A stretch of DNA of 64,000 bases, taken from assembly GCA_013416795.1 (NCBI GenBank), contig RQSC01000002.1:575801-639800 (forward strand). Direction: 5' to 3'. This DNA comes from Prasinococcaceae sp. CCMP 1430. Its lineage: Eukaryota; Plantae; Prasinodermophyta. This document shows, in pieces, positions 32,301 through 43,382 of this stretch; the first letter of the stretch is position 1, and every line of letters starts with the position of its first letter. A program made the translations under genes and the position numbers. The notes beneath the pieces are model-generated. The model worked only from the letters and a program-made list of their open reading frames with translations, was not told the DNA's origin and did no database searches.

Positions 32301-32831
32301 TGCCCGTGCGCGTCTCGCGCTGCTCATGACGCACTGACAGAGCAGGCGGCGACCACATATCTTGGTGGGCGACGTCTTTGGCATTGGTCATTGGATTAAT
32401 TACAGTACACACATTTCGTACACAGCTGCTCACGCGCCTTGTGCCGCCAGTGCCTTGGCGTTGCCACGCGCAGCGCGTCAGCGGCGCCCTCCTGCGACGC
32501 GAGCGCTTCCGCTTCGACGCGCAGCTGCTGGGCGAGGAAGACGTCACCTCCTTCGCGTGTCTCCTCGCCCGCCTGGCGCGCCGGCGTCCGACTCCGAGGG
32601 CGTCATGCGCATACGAGACGCGGCGAGGCCGGTGGCGTTGGCATTTCGCACCCGCGCGGCTTGAATGGCACATGCGAAGCACAAGCGGTGGGCGCACAGC
32701 GCCCCTGCCATCAGCGTGGAGGCGGCGCGAGAGCGCGTGGATACATATACAGCGCCACTTACGGGTACCAGACCTGCGGAGCGACTGCGGCGCGACAGTC
32801 GCGCGGTGCGAGGTGCGGGCGCGAGGGCGCA

Positions 32832-33946
32832 TCAGACGCCCCACTTCTTGACCGCGTAGTCGACGAGCCCGTTGGTGTACAGGTGCTGCTGGAAGGCGTA
32901 GCACTTCTTGATCGGATGGTGGAGCAGCCAACCGTTGCCCAGGTCCCTCCCGTGCACGTCCGTAAAGTTCCAGGCCTCCTGGTACAGCTGCTCCATGTCA
33001 TGCGCGAGCGTAAGCGCCTCACCTTCCATGAAGCAGCTTCCCTTGCGCCTCGAGCGCGGATGCTGCACACCCTCGCCGCTCGCGAGCCTCTCCAGCTGCC
33101 TCATCACGCGGGACACGTTTGTCTCTGACGCGGGCCTGTCGAACCACTCGCAGTGCCACTTGTCGGTCTCAAGGAAGGCGCGCATGCCCTCGAGCAGGTC
33201 CACCTTGTGGAGTTTCGCCAGCGTCTCCTCTGGCAGCGATGCCAGCTCGAAGGTCCACTCCTTGCGGCGGCGGCGCACCCTGACCTCATCCTCGCTGTCT
33301 TCGTCGGTGTCGACGTCTGTCTCCGCGTCCGGGTCCACGTAGCGCACGCGGCGCTTGTTGCGCGGCTCCAGCCCCGCAAGCTGCAGGTCGAGCTGCGACA
33401 TCTTGGACGGGTCGACCTCGGCGACCTGCTTGCGCTGGCGGCGCGAGCGGCGCGCCTCGGCGTCCGGATCGGCCTGTGCGGAGCGCTTCCGCTTCAGGGG
33501 GGCCTTGGTCCGCTTTGGCTTTGCGCACACTTTCTGCGCGAACGCGGGCGGGGGAGCGCGCGCCGGGGCGGCGGGAGTCAGCGCCATGGCAAGTGCGCGG
33601 GGAAGAGACGCGAACAAGCGAGCACACCTCGGCTGGCCGGTCGAGTGTCTGTCGCGCAAGGGTTGGTTGGTTGGGGTGGTTGGGAAGGTTGGTTGGTTGG
33701 GTGGGTGGGGAAGAAGGGACGGAGCTAATGACGCACCTCTAGCTTCTGCTTCGCATCGAAGAGCTTGAACTGCTTCATCTTCGCGAGGTTGGCTGCGATT
33801 CTGGCGTTGCGCTCCGCCTCGTAGGGGTTGGCCGCCGCCTTGGTCATCGCGTTGGCCGCCGCCGCGGCGAAGCCCGTCGCCTTCTTCGCGGGCGACGCGG
33901 GCGGCGCGCCGGCCTTGCGCGCGCGGAAGAGGGGCATCACGGCCAT
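32832..33946 (-). CDS. Uncharacterised nuclear protein, 303 aa; intron 33534-33736
   Basis: Exon 1 has NPYEAERNARIAAN; phase-0 GTGCGT..CAG intron with GCTGAC at 33577-33582; NLS-like basic tracts; globular C-terminal domain ending GNGWLLHHPIKKCYAFQ. Confidence 0.7.
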
Positions 33947-34318
33947 GGCCGCACGCCCTGCCCCGCGCGACGCGACGAGGGGGGCGCAGGGAAAAGGGGC
34001 GAGGCTGCGGTGGGGTTGGGATGGTAACCGCAGTGGCGCCTCTCGCGCAGCGCCGCCGCCCCCCCCCCCTCCCCGGCCCCCTCGCGCCCCGTGCCCCGCG
34101 CCCCGACGCCGCGCCCCTTTTCCCGCCAAAAGCGGACGCCCCATCAAACCGCACGCGTCCCCCGGCCGTCACCCACGCAACACTCCGCGCCTCCGTAACG
34201 ACACATCAGTTCGCAGGCGCTGGCGCGCAGCGCGTGGCGGCTGACCTCCCACCGACCGCACCGACGCTCGTCCATCAGTACTACAGAAAGAACAAGCCAG
34301 ATCCAGATCGACGTGCGT

Positions 34319-34593
34319 CGTCGGTCGTGCGACGTGCCAATTCCGGATCCAATCACCGCTCACATTCGATTCGGAGGGCGCGGACCGTCGATCGGCGCGG
34401 GAGTCGCGAGGATCTTTTTCCCGCGTCTGAGGACAGACTGCTGCGCTGCGAGGCACCGTCGGTCGTGCGACGTGCCAATTCCGGATCCAATCACCGCTCA
34501 CATTCGATTCGGAGGGCGCGGACCGTCGATCGGGGCGGGCGTCGCGAGGATCTTTTTCCCGCGTCTGAGGCCAGACTGCTGCGCTGCGAGGCA
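34319..34593. repeat. Tandem duplication, 2 x 138 bp, in a divergent intergenic region
   Basis: Copies start at 34319 and 34457 and differ at about 3 positions; each contains two CCAAT. Confidence 0.92.
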
Positions 34594-34980
34594 AGTTCGC
34601 GCTCGTGGCCCGCGCGCGTCTGCGCGCGCGCGAGCGAGGAATTTCGCGTGTGTGCGGGATCTTTTCGCCGGGACGCTCCCAACCCCAACCCGAAACGCGG
34701 CGGGGGGGCCGCCGCCCCCCCCGCGGCGAGGTGCGGCCGCACCCGGCCGGGCGCGGGACTCAAACCCTGATGAGGAATTGAACCGGAATGTGCGCGGGAG
34801 GCTGGGAACGCCCCCGGGGGGAAAACGCGGGGGGGCAAAAGGGCGCCACTGCGCGCGCGCCGCGGCTGCGGCGGGGCGCGGGGCCTCGGCCCTTCCGCGG
34901 GCGCGGGCGGCGCAGACGGCGGGGCGGCCTCGCTTCCCGAGCTCGAGGTCGCGCGCGTGCCCGCAGGCGCGCCCGCGGGC

Positions 34981-36279
34981 ATGGTGATGGTCCCCGTCGC
35001 GCAGGAGGTGCCCGGCGGCGACGGGGCGCCCGAGGCGGGGGGTTCCACCATGTGCGGCCCGGGCGAGGACAACTGCCTGCCCGAGGACGGTGGCACCGTG
35101 GTGCGCGACGACCTCGATGCGCTGCTGGGCGTGCTTCCGGAGAGCATCCGCGAGCCGCTCGTGCGCCACCCCTTGCGCACGTCGCTGCTCGAGGTCGTGC
35201 TCGACCTCGGTCGCAAGCCCGAGGCGCGCTTCCTCGGCGTGGACGGAGGCGAGTTCCTGAGCGAGCACGAGATAACGGCCGCAGACCTCGAGGCGGCGGA
35301 AGCCGCGGTCGGCGAGTTCGGATCTGACAACCGCGCGGGCGTGACCGGCACGCTGCACCGCATCAGCGCGCTGCGCTCGAGGCGCGGCGCGCTCGTCGGG
35401 CTCACGTGTCGTGTGGGGCGCGCGGTCACAGGCCACGTCGACATGATCCGCGACATGCTCGCACAGAACGAGTCCATCCTCTTCCTGGGCGCCCCGGGCG
35501 TGGGCAAGACTACGGTCATCCGCGAGATGGCGCGCGTTCTCGCCGACCTGAGCAAGCGCGTGGTCATCGTGGACACCAGCAACGAGATCGGCGGGGACGG
35601 TGATGTGCCCCACCCCGCCATCGGCCGGGCGCGCCGCATGCAGGTCCCTGACCCGGCCGCCCAGCAGCACGTGATGGTTGAGGCAGTGCAAAATCATATG
35701 CCCGAGTGCATAGTAGTGGATGAGGTTGGCACGCAGGAGGAGGCGCTGGCGTGCCGCACCATAGCCGAGCGCGGCGTGCAGCTCGTGGCGACGGCCCACG
35801 GCCAGGTGCTGGAGAATGTGCTCAAAAACCCGACGCTCACCGAGCTGGTCGGCGGCGTGGCGCCGGTCACGCTGTCGGACGACGAGGCGCGCGCTCGTGG
35901 CACCCAGAAGACCATCCTCGAACGCAAGGGCCCGGTCACATTCACTGTGGTCATCGAGATGCGCGAGCGCAACCACTGGATCGTGCACCGCCCCAGCGAT
36001 GACAGCGTGGACATGCTCCTGTGCGGCAAGCGCCCCATCGTCGAGTCGCGGACACGCAGCGAGAACGGCGAGATTTTCAGCCAGGAGGTGCCGTACGACA
36101 ATGGGGAGCCCGCCGAGGAGAGCGCGCCCGCCGGGGCCGACCCGCGCTACTCGTGGGCCGACCAGCTGAGCGACGTCAGCGAGCGCGACGCCCTGTCGGA
36201 GCTTGCGCGCGCGGGCTACCTGGGCGGGCGCGGCGGGCCGGCCGGCATGGGGACGGGGAAGCGGGGGGGCAGGCGCTAG
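34981..36279 (+). CDS. ycf45: Ycf45-like SpoIIIAA/AAA ATPase (paralogue 2, no R3H-like tail); start uncertain
   Basis: EVVLDLGRKPEARF, GTLHRISA, GAPGVGKT, VDTSNEIGGDGD, EAVQNHMPECIVVDE, ATAHG. Confidence 0.88.
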   Translation: MVMVPVAQEVPGGDGAPEAGGSTMCGPGEDNCLPEDGGTVVRDDLDALLGVLPESIREPLVRHPLRTSLLEVVLDLGRKPEARFLGVDGGEFLSEHEITAADLEAAEAAVGEFGSDNRAGVTGTLHRISALRSRRGALVGLTCRVGRAVTGHVDMIRDMLAQNESILFLGAPGVGKTTVIREMARVLADLSKRVVIVDTSNEIGGDGDVPHPAIGRARRMQVPDPAAQQHVMVEAVQNHMPECIVVDEVGTQEEALACRTIAERGVQLVATAHGQVLENVLKNPTLTELVGGVAPVTLSDDEARARGTQKTILERKGPVTFTVVIEMRERNHWIVHRPSDDSVDMLLCGKRPIVESRTRSENGEIFSQEVPYDNGEPAEESAPAGADPRYSWADQLSDVSERDALSELARAGYLGGRGGPAGMGTGKRGGRR

Positions 36280-36532
36280 CACCGCTGCCCACGACGACTC
36301 GACTTGGAGTTTTTTGCATTCATTCTTTTTGTTCATCATCGCCGTGCCTGCGTGCGCACACGTGTGCGCTTTCGATCTCGCAAGGGACGCCGTATTCCGC
36401 GACAGGACGTGTATAAGGATAGCTTACAGTGACAACCGATGGTCGACCACGCGCGTGCGGCACGCGCAGCGCCTGCCCCTCACCAAGCGGCATCGAGCCC
36501 TCCGCGCCCCCTGTCCCCCCGCGAGCGTGTGC

Positions 36533-38630
36533 TCAGTGCACCGTTGCCACAGGGTGTCCATCGCGGCGACCAAGCACGCCCATGCGAAAGGTGGCGATGT
36601 TTTGCAGGTACTTGGGCACGCCAGCGCTCTCCATGGGCGCGAGCGACTCGTCGTCCATGCCAATGTTGAGCATGGCCTCGCGCGCATAGAAACGCGTGGT
36701 TTCTGACTGCGCCTCGAGCAGCGGCTGCAGCGCCCGGATGCCACCCACCTCAGCGATGACGCTGCGGTACGATGGATCCTGACTGAGCTGCCGCAATGCC
36801 GCGGCACAGAACGCCTGCGACTCGGCCTGGCCAGGCGCGAGTGCCTTGCCCTTCTTCCCCTTCTTGCCCTTCTTGCCCTTCTTCTTCTTTGACTTTTTCT
36901 TTTTGGACTTCTCCTCGACAGGCGCTGCCCCCTGCTCGCCCCCCGGCTCGCCCCCCGACTCGCCCCCCGACTCGCCCCCCGGCTCGCCCCCCGGCTCGCC
37001 CCCCGGCTCGCCCTCCGGCTCGCGCCCGTAGGACAACAGCCGTGTGAGGGCTTCCACACCGCCCTGCTCGGCGACCGTCGCCATGCGCTGCTCGGCCTTG
37101 GACATTTTGGTGCGATCTGTGCCATCCGTGCCCAGATGCGGGCCATCATAGAAATTCGTCGCCCCGCCGAGCGGCACCTCGTGCACGCCAAGTGGCCCAC
37201 GCTCGCGCGTGAGCTCGCTGCTGCCCAGCGCCCCCACCGCCGCGCCCGCGCCTACGTCGCTTTCCGCAGGACCGGCAGCATCGACCGTGCCCGGCGTGAC
37301 GGGCCCACCCTCGCCGATGCCCGCGCTGCCACGGCTCAGCGTGAGCTCTTGCATGCCCAGTGTGGTGGCCGTGGTGTCCTGGCGTCTCTCGGAGCGCAGC
37401 ACCTCGATGTACTCGCGCGCCTCGAGCGTAGTGGGGCTCACCAACAGGAAGAGACAAGCAGCGCCCGCCGCACGCCCGGGCAGCGACAAGGAGCGGTCGG
37501 CCACAGCGCGCACCACCGCATGCACGCCACCCGCGCGCAGGAGCCGCACCTTGCCCTCCTCGGACGCCATGGCGCGCTCCAAGCATACAAGCGACTGTTC
37601 GCGCAGCATTGCCGGCAGCGTGGTCGCGGGCCCCGGCGGCGCGTCGGAAACGCCCTCGCCCTCCGTCGCGGTCGACTGCAATGCTTGCAGCGTCTGCAAC
37701 AGCGACTCTACCGCATGCGCGCGACACGCGGCCTCGACTGCCGCCACGCGCGCGTCGCACCCCTCGCGGGCCGCCGCGGCAAGCAGCGAGGTCAAGAGGC
37801 GCGTTGCATCCAATCGCGAGCGATCAGTCGCGCTCTTCTCCCCAGCGATCACGCGCGCAACGCGCGCCAGGCCCGCGTGGTTGTCCGCCTCGGCTGCCTT
37901 GTAGACATTTTCCGCGACCACCTCCGCGCGCGTCTGCTCCGACATGGTGACCAACCACGAGAGCGCCGCGCTCTCTGCCGCCGCGCTGCGCGCCTGGAGC
38001 GTGCGGTAGAAAAGGCTGCAAAGCTCCTCGGGGTACACCTTCGGCTCAGCGATGTCGTCAGCACTGGCTAGTGCCGACAGCACGCCGATTAAAGCTGTGT
38101 TGTCCTGCGGCGCCTCGACAGCCGTGGCATCGCCGGCCAGGGCCACCTTGGCTGCCACCTCGCACGCGCCCAGTGCAACAATTTCTTTCCGCTTGCTCTC
38201 AGGCCCAGCGGCCGCCAGTTGCCAAAGAAACATAGCCGCGCGCGACCTCGAGATAGTGCATTCGATCTGCGCGAAAGAGTGTGACAGCGCGCGCAGGTGT
38301 TAGCTCACTGACATAATACTGCAGAGAGAGACAGAGAGAGTCTCTGCCTTCCTTCGTCTCCGCTCCTCTTCTGCGCTTGTATGCGCACGCGCGCACGCAC
38401 GCGCGCACGAATCGCACGACGCACGCTCGTGCTGGCAAACGCTCGCTTACCTTGTTGAGCGAGCTCGGCCCACGAACGTTCTGTATGAGCTCATCAGGGT
38501 TGTTGGAGAGAGCCCAGAGCTCGTCGCTCATCCACGCGGGCTTCGCGACCTTCTCCTTCTTACCCTTCTTGCCGCCCTTCTTGCCGCCCTTGTTCCCCCC
38601 CTTCTTGCCGCCCTTCTTGCTTTTCGCCAT
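36533..38630 (-). CDS. Armadillo-repeat protein with KKGKK motifs (possibly flagellar); intron 38267-38450; 637 aa
   Basis: ARM-like GGVHAVV, GGVEALTRLL, GGIRALQPLL; Lys/Gly tracts; phase-0 GTAAGC..CAG intron with GCTAAC branch point. Confidence 0.7.
36935..37022 (-). repeat. Coding 12-bp tandem repeat (PGGE/SGGE, about 7 copies)
   Basis: CTCGCCCCCCGG/A units on the + strand. Confidence 0.9.
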
Positions 38631-39214
38631 GGCTGCAAGCTGGCTCCCCCCGCCCAACCACCAGCCTGCCGCGACCCTCCTCGCCCCTTCCCGCGACGCT
38701 GCGCCCGGGACCAGGCACACGGCGGCCAAGTGCACGGCGCGTCTGCGCCTCGCGCACGCCAAGCGTCGCCTTCGCACCCCTCCGCCGCCGACCCGCCCGC
38801 GCGCCCGCGCGCGCTCTGGCGCACGAACGCGACGCACGCGGCCGCGGGGCGCCGCCTGCGCGTGTGCGCGCGCGCAGTGCATCGCCTCCCCCCTCCCTTC
38901 CTCCCGCCACGCCACGCCCCCCGACCCCACACCGCACCCTCACCCCGTCCAAAAAGGGTAACGCTGCTGCGCGGTTCCCCGGGCGCCGCAGCGGCGGGTC
39001 AACGTCCGTTGCGTTGCAAGCAAGGAGACGACCTCGGTCGACACGTGCAAAACCTGAATACCATCGTGCATATTTGAGGTTTAAAGTAGGGTTCAATGTG
39101 ATTCTCATGGCCTTCCGACCCTCTCTCTCCCTCTAGAGCTAGAGACCTCCCTCTTGAGCTACTCGAGCTAGCGCTAGCCAGTCCTGCTGCAGCTGGACGC
39201 CGCTGCCGCCCTCG

Positions 39215-40195
39215 TCACTTCCCGGCGACACCGAGCGTTGCCGCGAGTGCCTCGAGGACGTTGCCGCAGCCCACGGCACGGAAGTCGCGCGCCGCGGCGC
39301 GCGCGGCTCCCTCCGCGCTGCGCATCGCATCGAGGCGGGCCTGGGTGCTTGGGTGATCGAACAGGTACCCCCCCACGGTCCCGCCGGGCACTGCCTTGTG
39401 TATGGTCGCGAGGCCCAGCGCGGCGCGGTCGGGGCGGAAGCACGCCGAGGCCGCCAGCCTGAGGCCCAGTGCATCAGCCGCGTATTCGCTGGTGCGCTGG
39501 CGCGGCAACTCGATGCCGAGATGCGCTGCAGCGCCCACCGCCGCCAGGAGTGCCGCCTCAGTAAGCAGCCCACCTGTGGGGTCGACAGCGGCGATGAATG
39601 CCATCTGGCACATGGCCGCCACGCCCACCGCATTCGCGTGCTCGCGGCCGTGATACAGCAGCAGGTGCGACAACTCATGCGCCAGGACGAAAGCAAGCTC
39701 AGCGTCGTTGGGCAGCGACTCTAGCAGCCCACGAGTGCAGAATATGGTGTTGCGAATTGCCGGCAGAACGAAAGCGTTGAGCTCCGGCGTGTCGAGCACG
39801 ACAACTTGTACGGAGGAGCGCTTCGCGAGCGCGCGTAGCGAATCAGTCGTCAAAGATTGCATCGCGCGCTCATTCAGAGCAGGCTCGCTGACATTCTCAG
39901 CATCATGGTCCTTCGCTCGTGCCCGCTCGCGTATCTCGCGCACAGCTTGGCGCTTCGCCGCCCCGACGATACGCCCGGCCACGCGCTCGGCTCGCTGCTT
40001 CAACGGATCAGTCGCGTCGAGCACCCCCGTTTCACTGTGGCCGCCTTGACGAAGCGCGGCCCACGCAGCGGCGTTGGCGTACGCCTGTGGGTCCTCCAGT
40101 ACCTCGAACGAACCGTGCGCGCGACCCGCTGCGAACGTGGTCAGCCCAAGGGCGACCGCCCGCATCCCGCGGCTGAGGCGCGGCGCCCACCGCAT
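39215..40195 (-). CDS. Peptidase M48 family (OMA1-like) zinc metalloprotease
   Basis: NAFVLP, ELAFVLAHELSH (HExxH), EYAADALG, DHPS..RL. Confidence 0.85.
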   Translation of the reverse strand: MRWAPRLSRGMRAVALGLTTFAAGRAHGSFEVLEDPQAYANAAAWAALRQGGHSETGVLDATDPLKQRAERVAGRIVGAAKRQAVREIRERARAKDHDAENVSEPALNERAMQSLTTDSLRALAKRSSVQVVVLDTPELNAFVLPAIRNTIFCTRGLLESLPNDAELAFVLAHELSHLLLYHGREHANAVGVAAMCQMAFIAAVDPTGGLLTEAALLAAVGAAAHLGIELPRQRTSEYAADALGLRLAASACFRPDRAALGLATIHKAVPGGTVGGYLFDHPSTQARLDAMRSAEGAARAAARDFRAVGCGNVLEALAATLGVAGK

Positions 40196-40628
40196 TGCAG
40201 TACGGGCTGTTTCACGATGTGACAGGCGTCCCACGGTGGCGCAGTGCCGCCTGGACCTCCCTTCCCCCCGCCTCCACCGACCAAGCGGGCGCGCCCGCCT
40301 ACCCTTCAACGGCTCCGCCGCTGCCACAGCAGCAGCGGCATGTGGCGCGCGCCGCCGCCTCGAGGCCGTTCCCCCAGCAGACCACTAAATTGACGGATAA
40401 CGCATCGATTGCGCGCTTTTGCAACCGAAATAATCCCCCTCGCGACGTGACGGCCGCTCTGCGCACTCTGTGGCGCATTTACGAGATTTTGTTTTACAGA
40501 TGTCGTCGTCGCCACAGACGCGCAGAGGCGGCGACAAGGGCAGCGTCGCTGCCCGCGTGCCGACGCTCGCACGCACGAGCACGCTTCCGAGCCCACACGC
40601 GTGCCCCTTGGCGCAGCGCGACCTGCCT

Positions 40629-42512
40629 CTACACGTTGAAGGGGTAGAGCACGCCCGAGTCGAGCTTGGGCAGCAGCGGCGGATTGCTGGGCAGGACGCC
40701 CGCGGGCGGGTCCTGCGCCATCGCCAGGGTCTCGAACGCGTGGGAGAGGTAGAAGTCCTCGCTCGCCCCCGCATCCGCCGCAGTCGCATCGGAGAAAGCC
40801 CAATCGCCATACGACCACACCATCCGCGCGTAGGCTACCTTGGCCTGCGGATCAGTCTGCGGGCCCTTCAGCGCCGTGAGCAGCTGCACCTTGAAGCCCA
40901 CAGGCATGTTGCGGCACGCGCGGTCGTTTTCGTTCCACGAGACGAGCGTGAGAGTTGGATCCTCCTCCAAGACCTCCACCCAGTCGGCGATGTTGTGGGC
41001 GTTGCTGTCGGCCCACGTGGCGACGTAAGTCTCCGCCGCGCCATCGAGGCCGAACCAGCCCGCGGCCAAGTCCTCACTCGGCGGAGGAACCACGTCGGTG
41101 GACAGGCCCTCGCACATGGTTCTGAGCTGGTCCAGCGTGAAGCTCATCTTGCACTGCGACACGGTCGAACCACCGAAGCGCACGGCCACCGAGGCGGAAG
41201 GGGAGCACGCGCCGGTCTCGTCGGCGCCCGGGATGCGCAGGCCGCCGACGAATTGATCGACCGCCGTTCTCCCGTCTCCGGAAGGCGCCTGGGCTACAGC
41301 GCCGGCAAGAACGCTCGCACCCTCGTCGTAGCCGGGCATGCCGCTCGTGGGGCGCTCGATGCCTGGGCTGTTTGTATTCTCGAATGTAGCTGCGTATGTG
41401 ACAGGCACATAGACAGCGCTGCGCGTGACGCTCAGGACTTCAACGTCGACGGAGACCGCAGAGATTGCGCCATCGCTCGAGTAGCTGACGGTGTAGCTGA
41501 CCGCAGAGACGGCGTTGGTGCACGTGGCTGCAACGGCATCGTACACGGGCGTGGGAATCGCTACCCCGCCAGCGAGATCCACAGGGTTGCGAGTGCCGTC
41601 CGTCGCGTCGATAACAGTCACCGAGCTGATGGTAACCTGCACGCGGTCTCCCGCCCCTCCGTTGGTCGCCAGGAAGAGCGATGTGAAAGAGGAAGCATCG
41701 AATGCGCCGCCCACGCCACAAGAACCTGCATTGAGCAGCCTCTCACACGCGGACGCGTGCGCGTCGTTCATGAAGCGCACGGGGCGCGCCCCCTCGACGC
41801 ATGTCGCGCCGAACGCGGTACCCGGCAGCGCGAAGTTGCCGCCGCGCGGGGCGGGGACCGCTGTGTCCCGCGCCGCGCCGACAAAGGCCGGAATGGGGAG
41901 GCCGACCTTGAAGGTGATCGAGGCATCGGATTCCGCAGATTCCTCCGCAGCGCTGTCGGCGAACGCGGTAGAGCGCGCCGCAACCGCCGCGATGGTGTCC
42001 TCGGCGCCCTGCGTGGCCGTGTAGCCGTCCCCGGTCGGGTCGGAGAAGAAGCGCCCCAGCGAGGGGTTGTTGTCGGTGGTCACGCACAGCTGGTCGCTGA
42101 GGAAGTCGCCCGAGGAGGCGGCCTTATACACGACGCCGTAGTCTGAGCCGCCCAGGTTGACCTTGTGGAAGGTCGCCTGGTCGTTGCAGTACTCGATGCT
42201 CGGCGCGGGTGGGCCCTCGGCCTCGCAGCCGGCGCCCGTTGTGCAGTCGCACGAGAAGAGCCTCTCGAGCTCCTCCGCGGCGCAGTCGCTGTCGCAGCAG
42301 CAGTTGCCATCGCAGCCGCCTGCCGTGAGGTCGCACGCGCAGGTGTCGTCCCCCGTCACAGCCACCTCAGTCGGCTCGGGCGTAGCGCGCACATCATCCC
42401 AATTGATGCCATACACTGCCGGCTGCGCCGCGCGAGCGTCGCTGAGGAGGAATGCGAGCGCGACGCCCGCCGCGAGCGCGCACGCGCACGGCAGCCAGCC
42501 GCGCCGCGCCAT
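40629..42512 (-). CDS. TCTN: Tectonic (DUF1619) ciliary transition-zone protein
   Basis: Signal peptide; CACDLTAGGCDGNCCCDSDC; SGMPGY..G; VRFG....QC; C-terminal PKLDSGVLYPF. Confidence 0.9.
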   Translation of the reverse strand: MARRGWLPCACALAAGVALAFLLSDARAAQPAVYGINWDDVRATPEPTEVAVTGDDTCACDLTAGGCDGNCCCDSDCAAEELERLFSCDCTTGAGCEAEGPPAPSIEYCNDQATFHKVNLGGSDYGVVYKAASSGDFLSDQLCVTTDNNPSLGRFFSDPTGDGYTATQGAEDTIAAVAARSTAFADSAAEESAESDASITFKVGLPIPAFVGAARDTAVPAPRGGNFALPGTAFGATCVEGARPVRFMNDAHASACERLLNAGSCGVGGAFDASSFTSLFLATNGGAGDRVQVTISSVTVIDATDGTRNPVDLAGGVAIPTPVYDAVAATCTNAVSAVSYTVSYSSDGAISAVSVDVEVLSVTRSAVYVPVTYAATFENTNSPGIERPTSGMPGYDEGASVLAGAVAQAPSGDGRTAVDQFVGGLRIPGADETGACSPSASVAVRFGGSTVSQCKMSFTLDQLRTMCEGLSTDVVPPPSEDLAAGWFGLDGAAETYVATWADSNAHNIADWVEVLEEDPTLTLVSWNENDRACRNMPVGFKVQLLTALKGPQTDPQAKVAYARMVWSYGDWAFSDATAADAGASEDFYLSHAFETLAMAQDPPAGVLPSNPPLLPKLDSGVLYPFNV

Positions 42513-42737
42513 GGCTTCACCGCGTACTGCCGCGCGCCGGCGCACGCGCCCGCGCGCGCGCGCGCGCGCGCGAATTTTTGAAAAACGGGGAACCGCGGAG
42601 CGCCGTTCCGAAATGCCGAGCGCCTGAATTCATTCCGGGCAGGCGCCCTCCGCTCCCCCGCGCGCGAAATTCGCCCGCCGCAAAACTGCGGCCGCGCGGC
42701 GCAGTCCCCGGACCGCACCGCGCCGCCCACCCGAAGA

Positions 42738-42745
42738 TAGGGTTT
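42738..42745 (-). promoter_or_regulatory. Telo-box-like AAACCCTA upstream of tectonic (one example of a motif recurring in most intergenic regions)
   Basis: TAGGGTTT on +. Same or near-identical motif at 7864, 10746, 14786, 22250, 24378, 31208, 31353, 39087, 49744, 50287 and 57191. Confidence 0.5.
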
Positions 42746-43382
42746 GTATGCACAAAGGGTTCATACACGTTCGTGTATATCACATCGGATGTACACTAGT
42801 TGTGTTGGAGAGGTTCAGGTTTGGTGCGAGCGCCGCCACCGGCCGCCCGCGTTCCCCGACCGAGCGCCTCCGCCGCTCCCTTGACCGAGCGAGGGCGAAT
42901 GCATGATGACGGTGATAACGGCCGACCCCACGCGTGCTCTCGTGATGAGTCTCGTCACCTGGTAGCGGGAAGCGAGCGCTGCACGCCGACGCTGGCTCCG
43001 ATGGCTCGCCGCGCGCGCGCGTGCTGCGGCAGTTGCTGGTGTGGACAAGTCAGCGCCGCGCCGCATCAGGGCGTTCTGCGCACCGCATCAGGGGGGCGGG
43101 GGGGGCGGGAACGCACGCGGCCCGGGAAAGGGGCGGCGTGGCACCGGCTTCCCTCCCGCCGGGTGACCGCGTGCAGAGGGAGCGAGCGACCTCGCGTGGG
43201 CTTATGCGCCTATGGGTTCTGGGGGGGGGGAGAGGGGGCAGGCACATGCCGCGCGCGGAGCGCGTGCAGCATGCGTCAGTGCGCGTGCCTGCGGTGCTCG
43301 GGCGCGCCGGAGCGACTCGCACCCCTGCCAGCGCACGCGTGCCGCAGGCCCTGTGACAGAAATCCACGCTGCGCGTCGCGGC

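Noticed and set aside
26281-37022. CRISPR-like arrays at 26281-26645, 34319-34593 and 36935-37022
   Set aside because: These are tandem units without unique spacers, two of them coding; the context is eukaryotic with no cas genes.
34498-42146. Long antisense or alternate-frame ORFs (e.g. 34498-36339 minus, 40470-42146 plus; also 10717-11898 minus and 22304-23668 plus)
   Set aside because: They are shadows of real genes caused by high GC3 and scarce stop codons, with no independent motifs.
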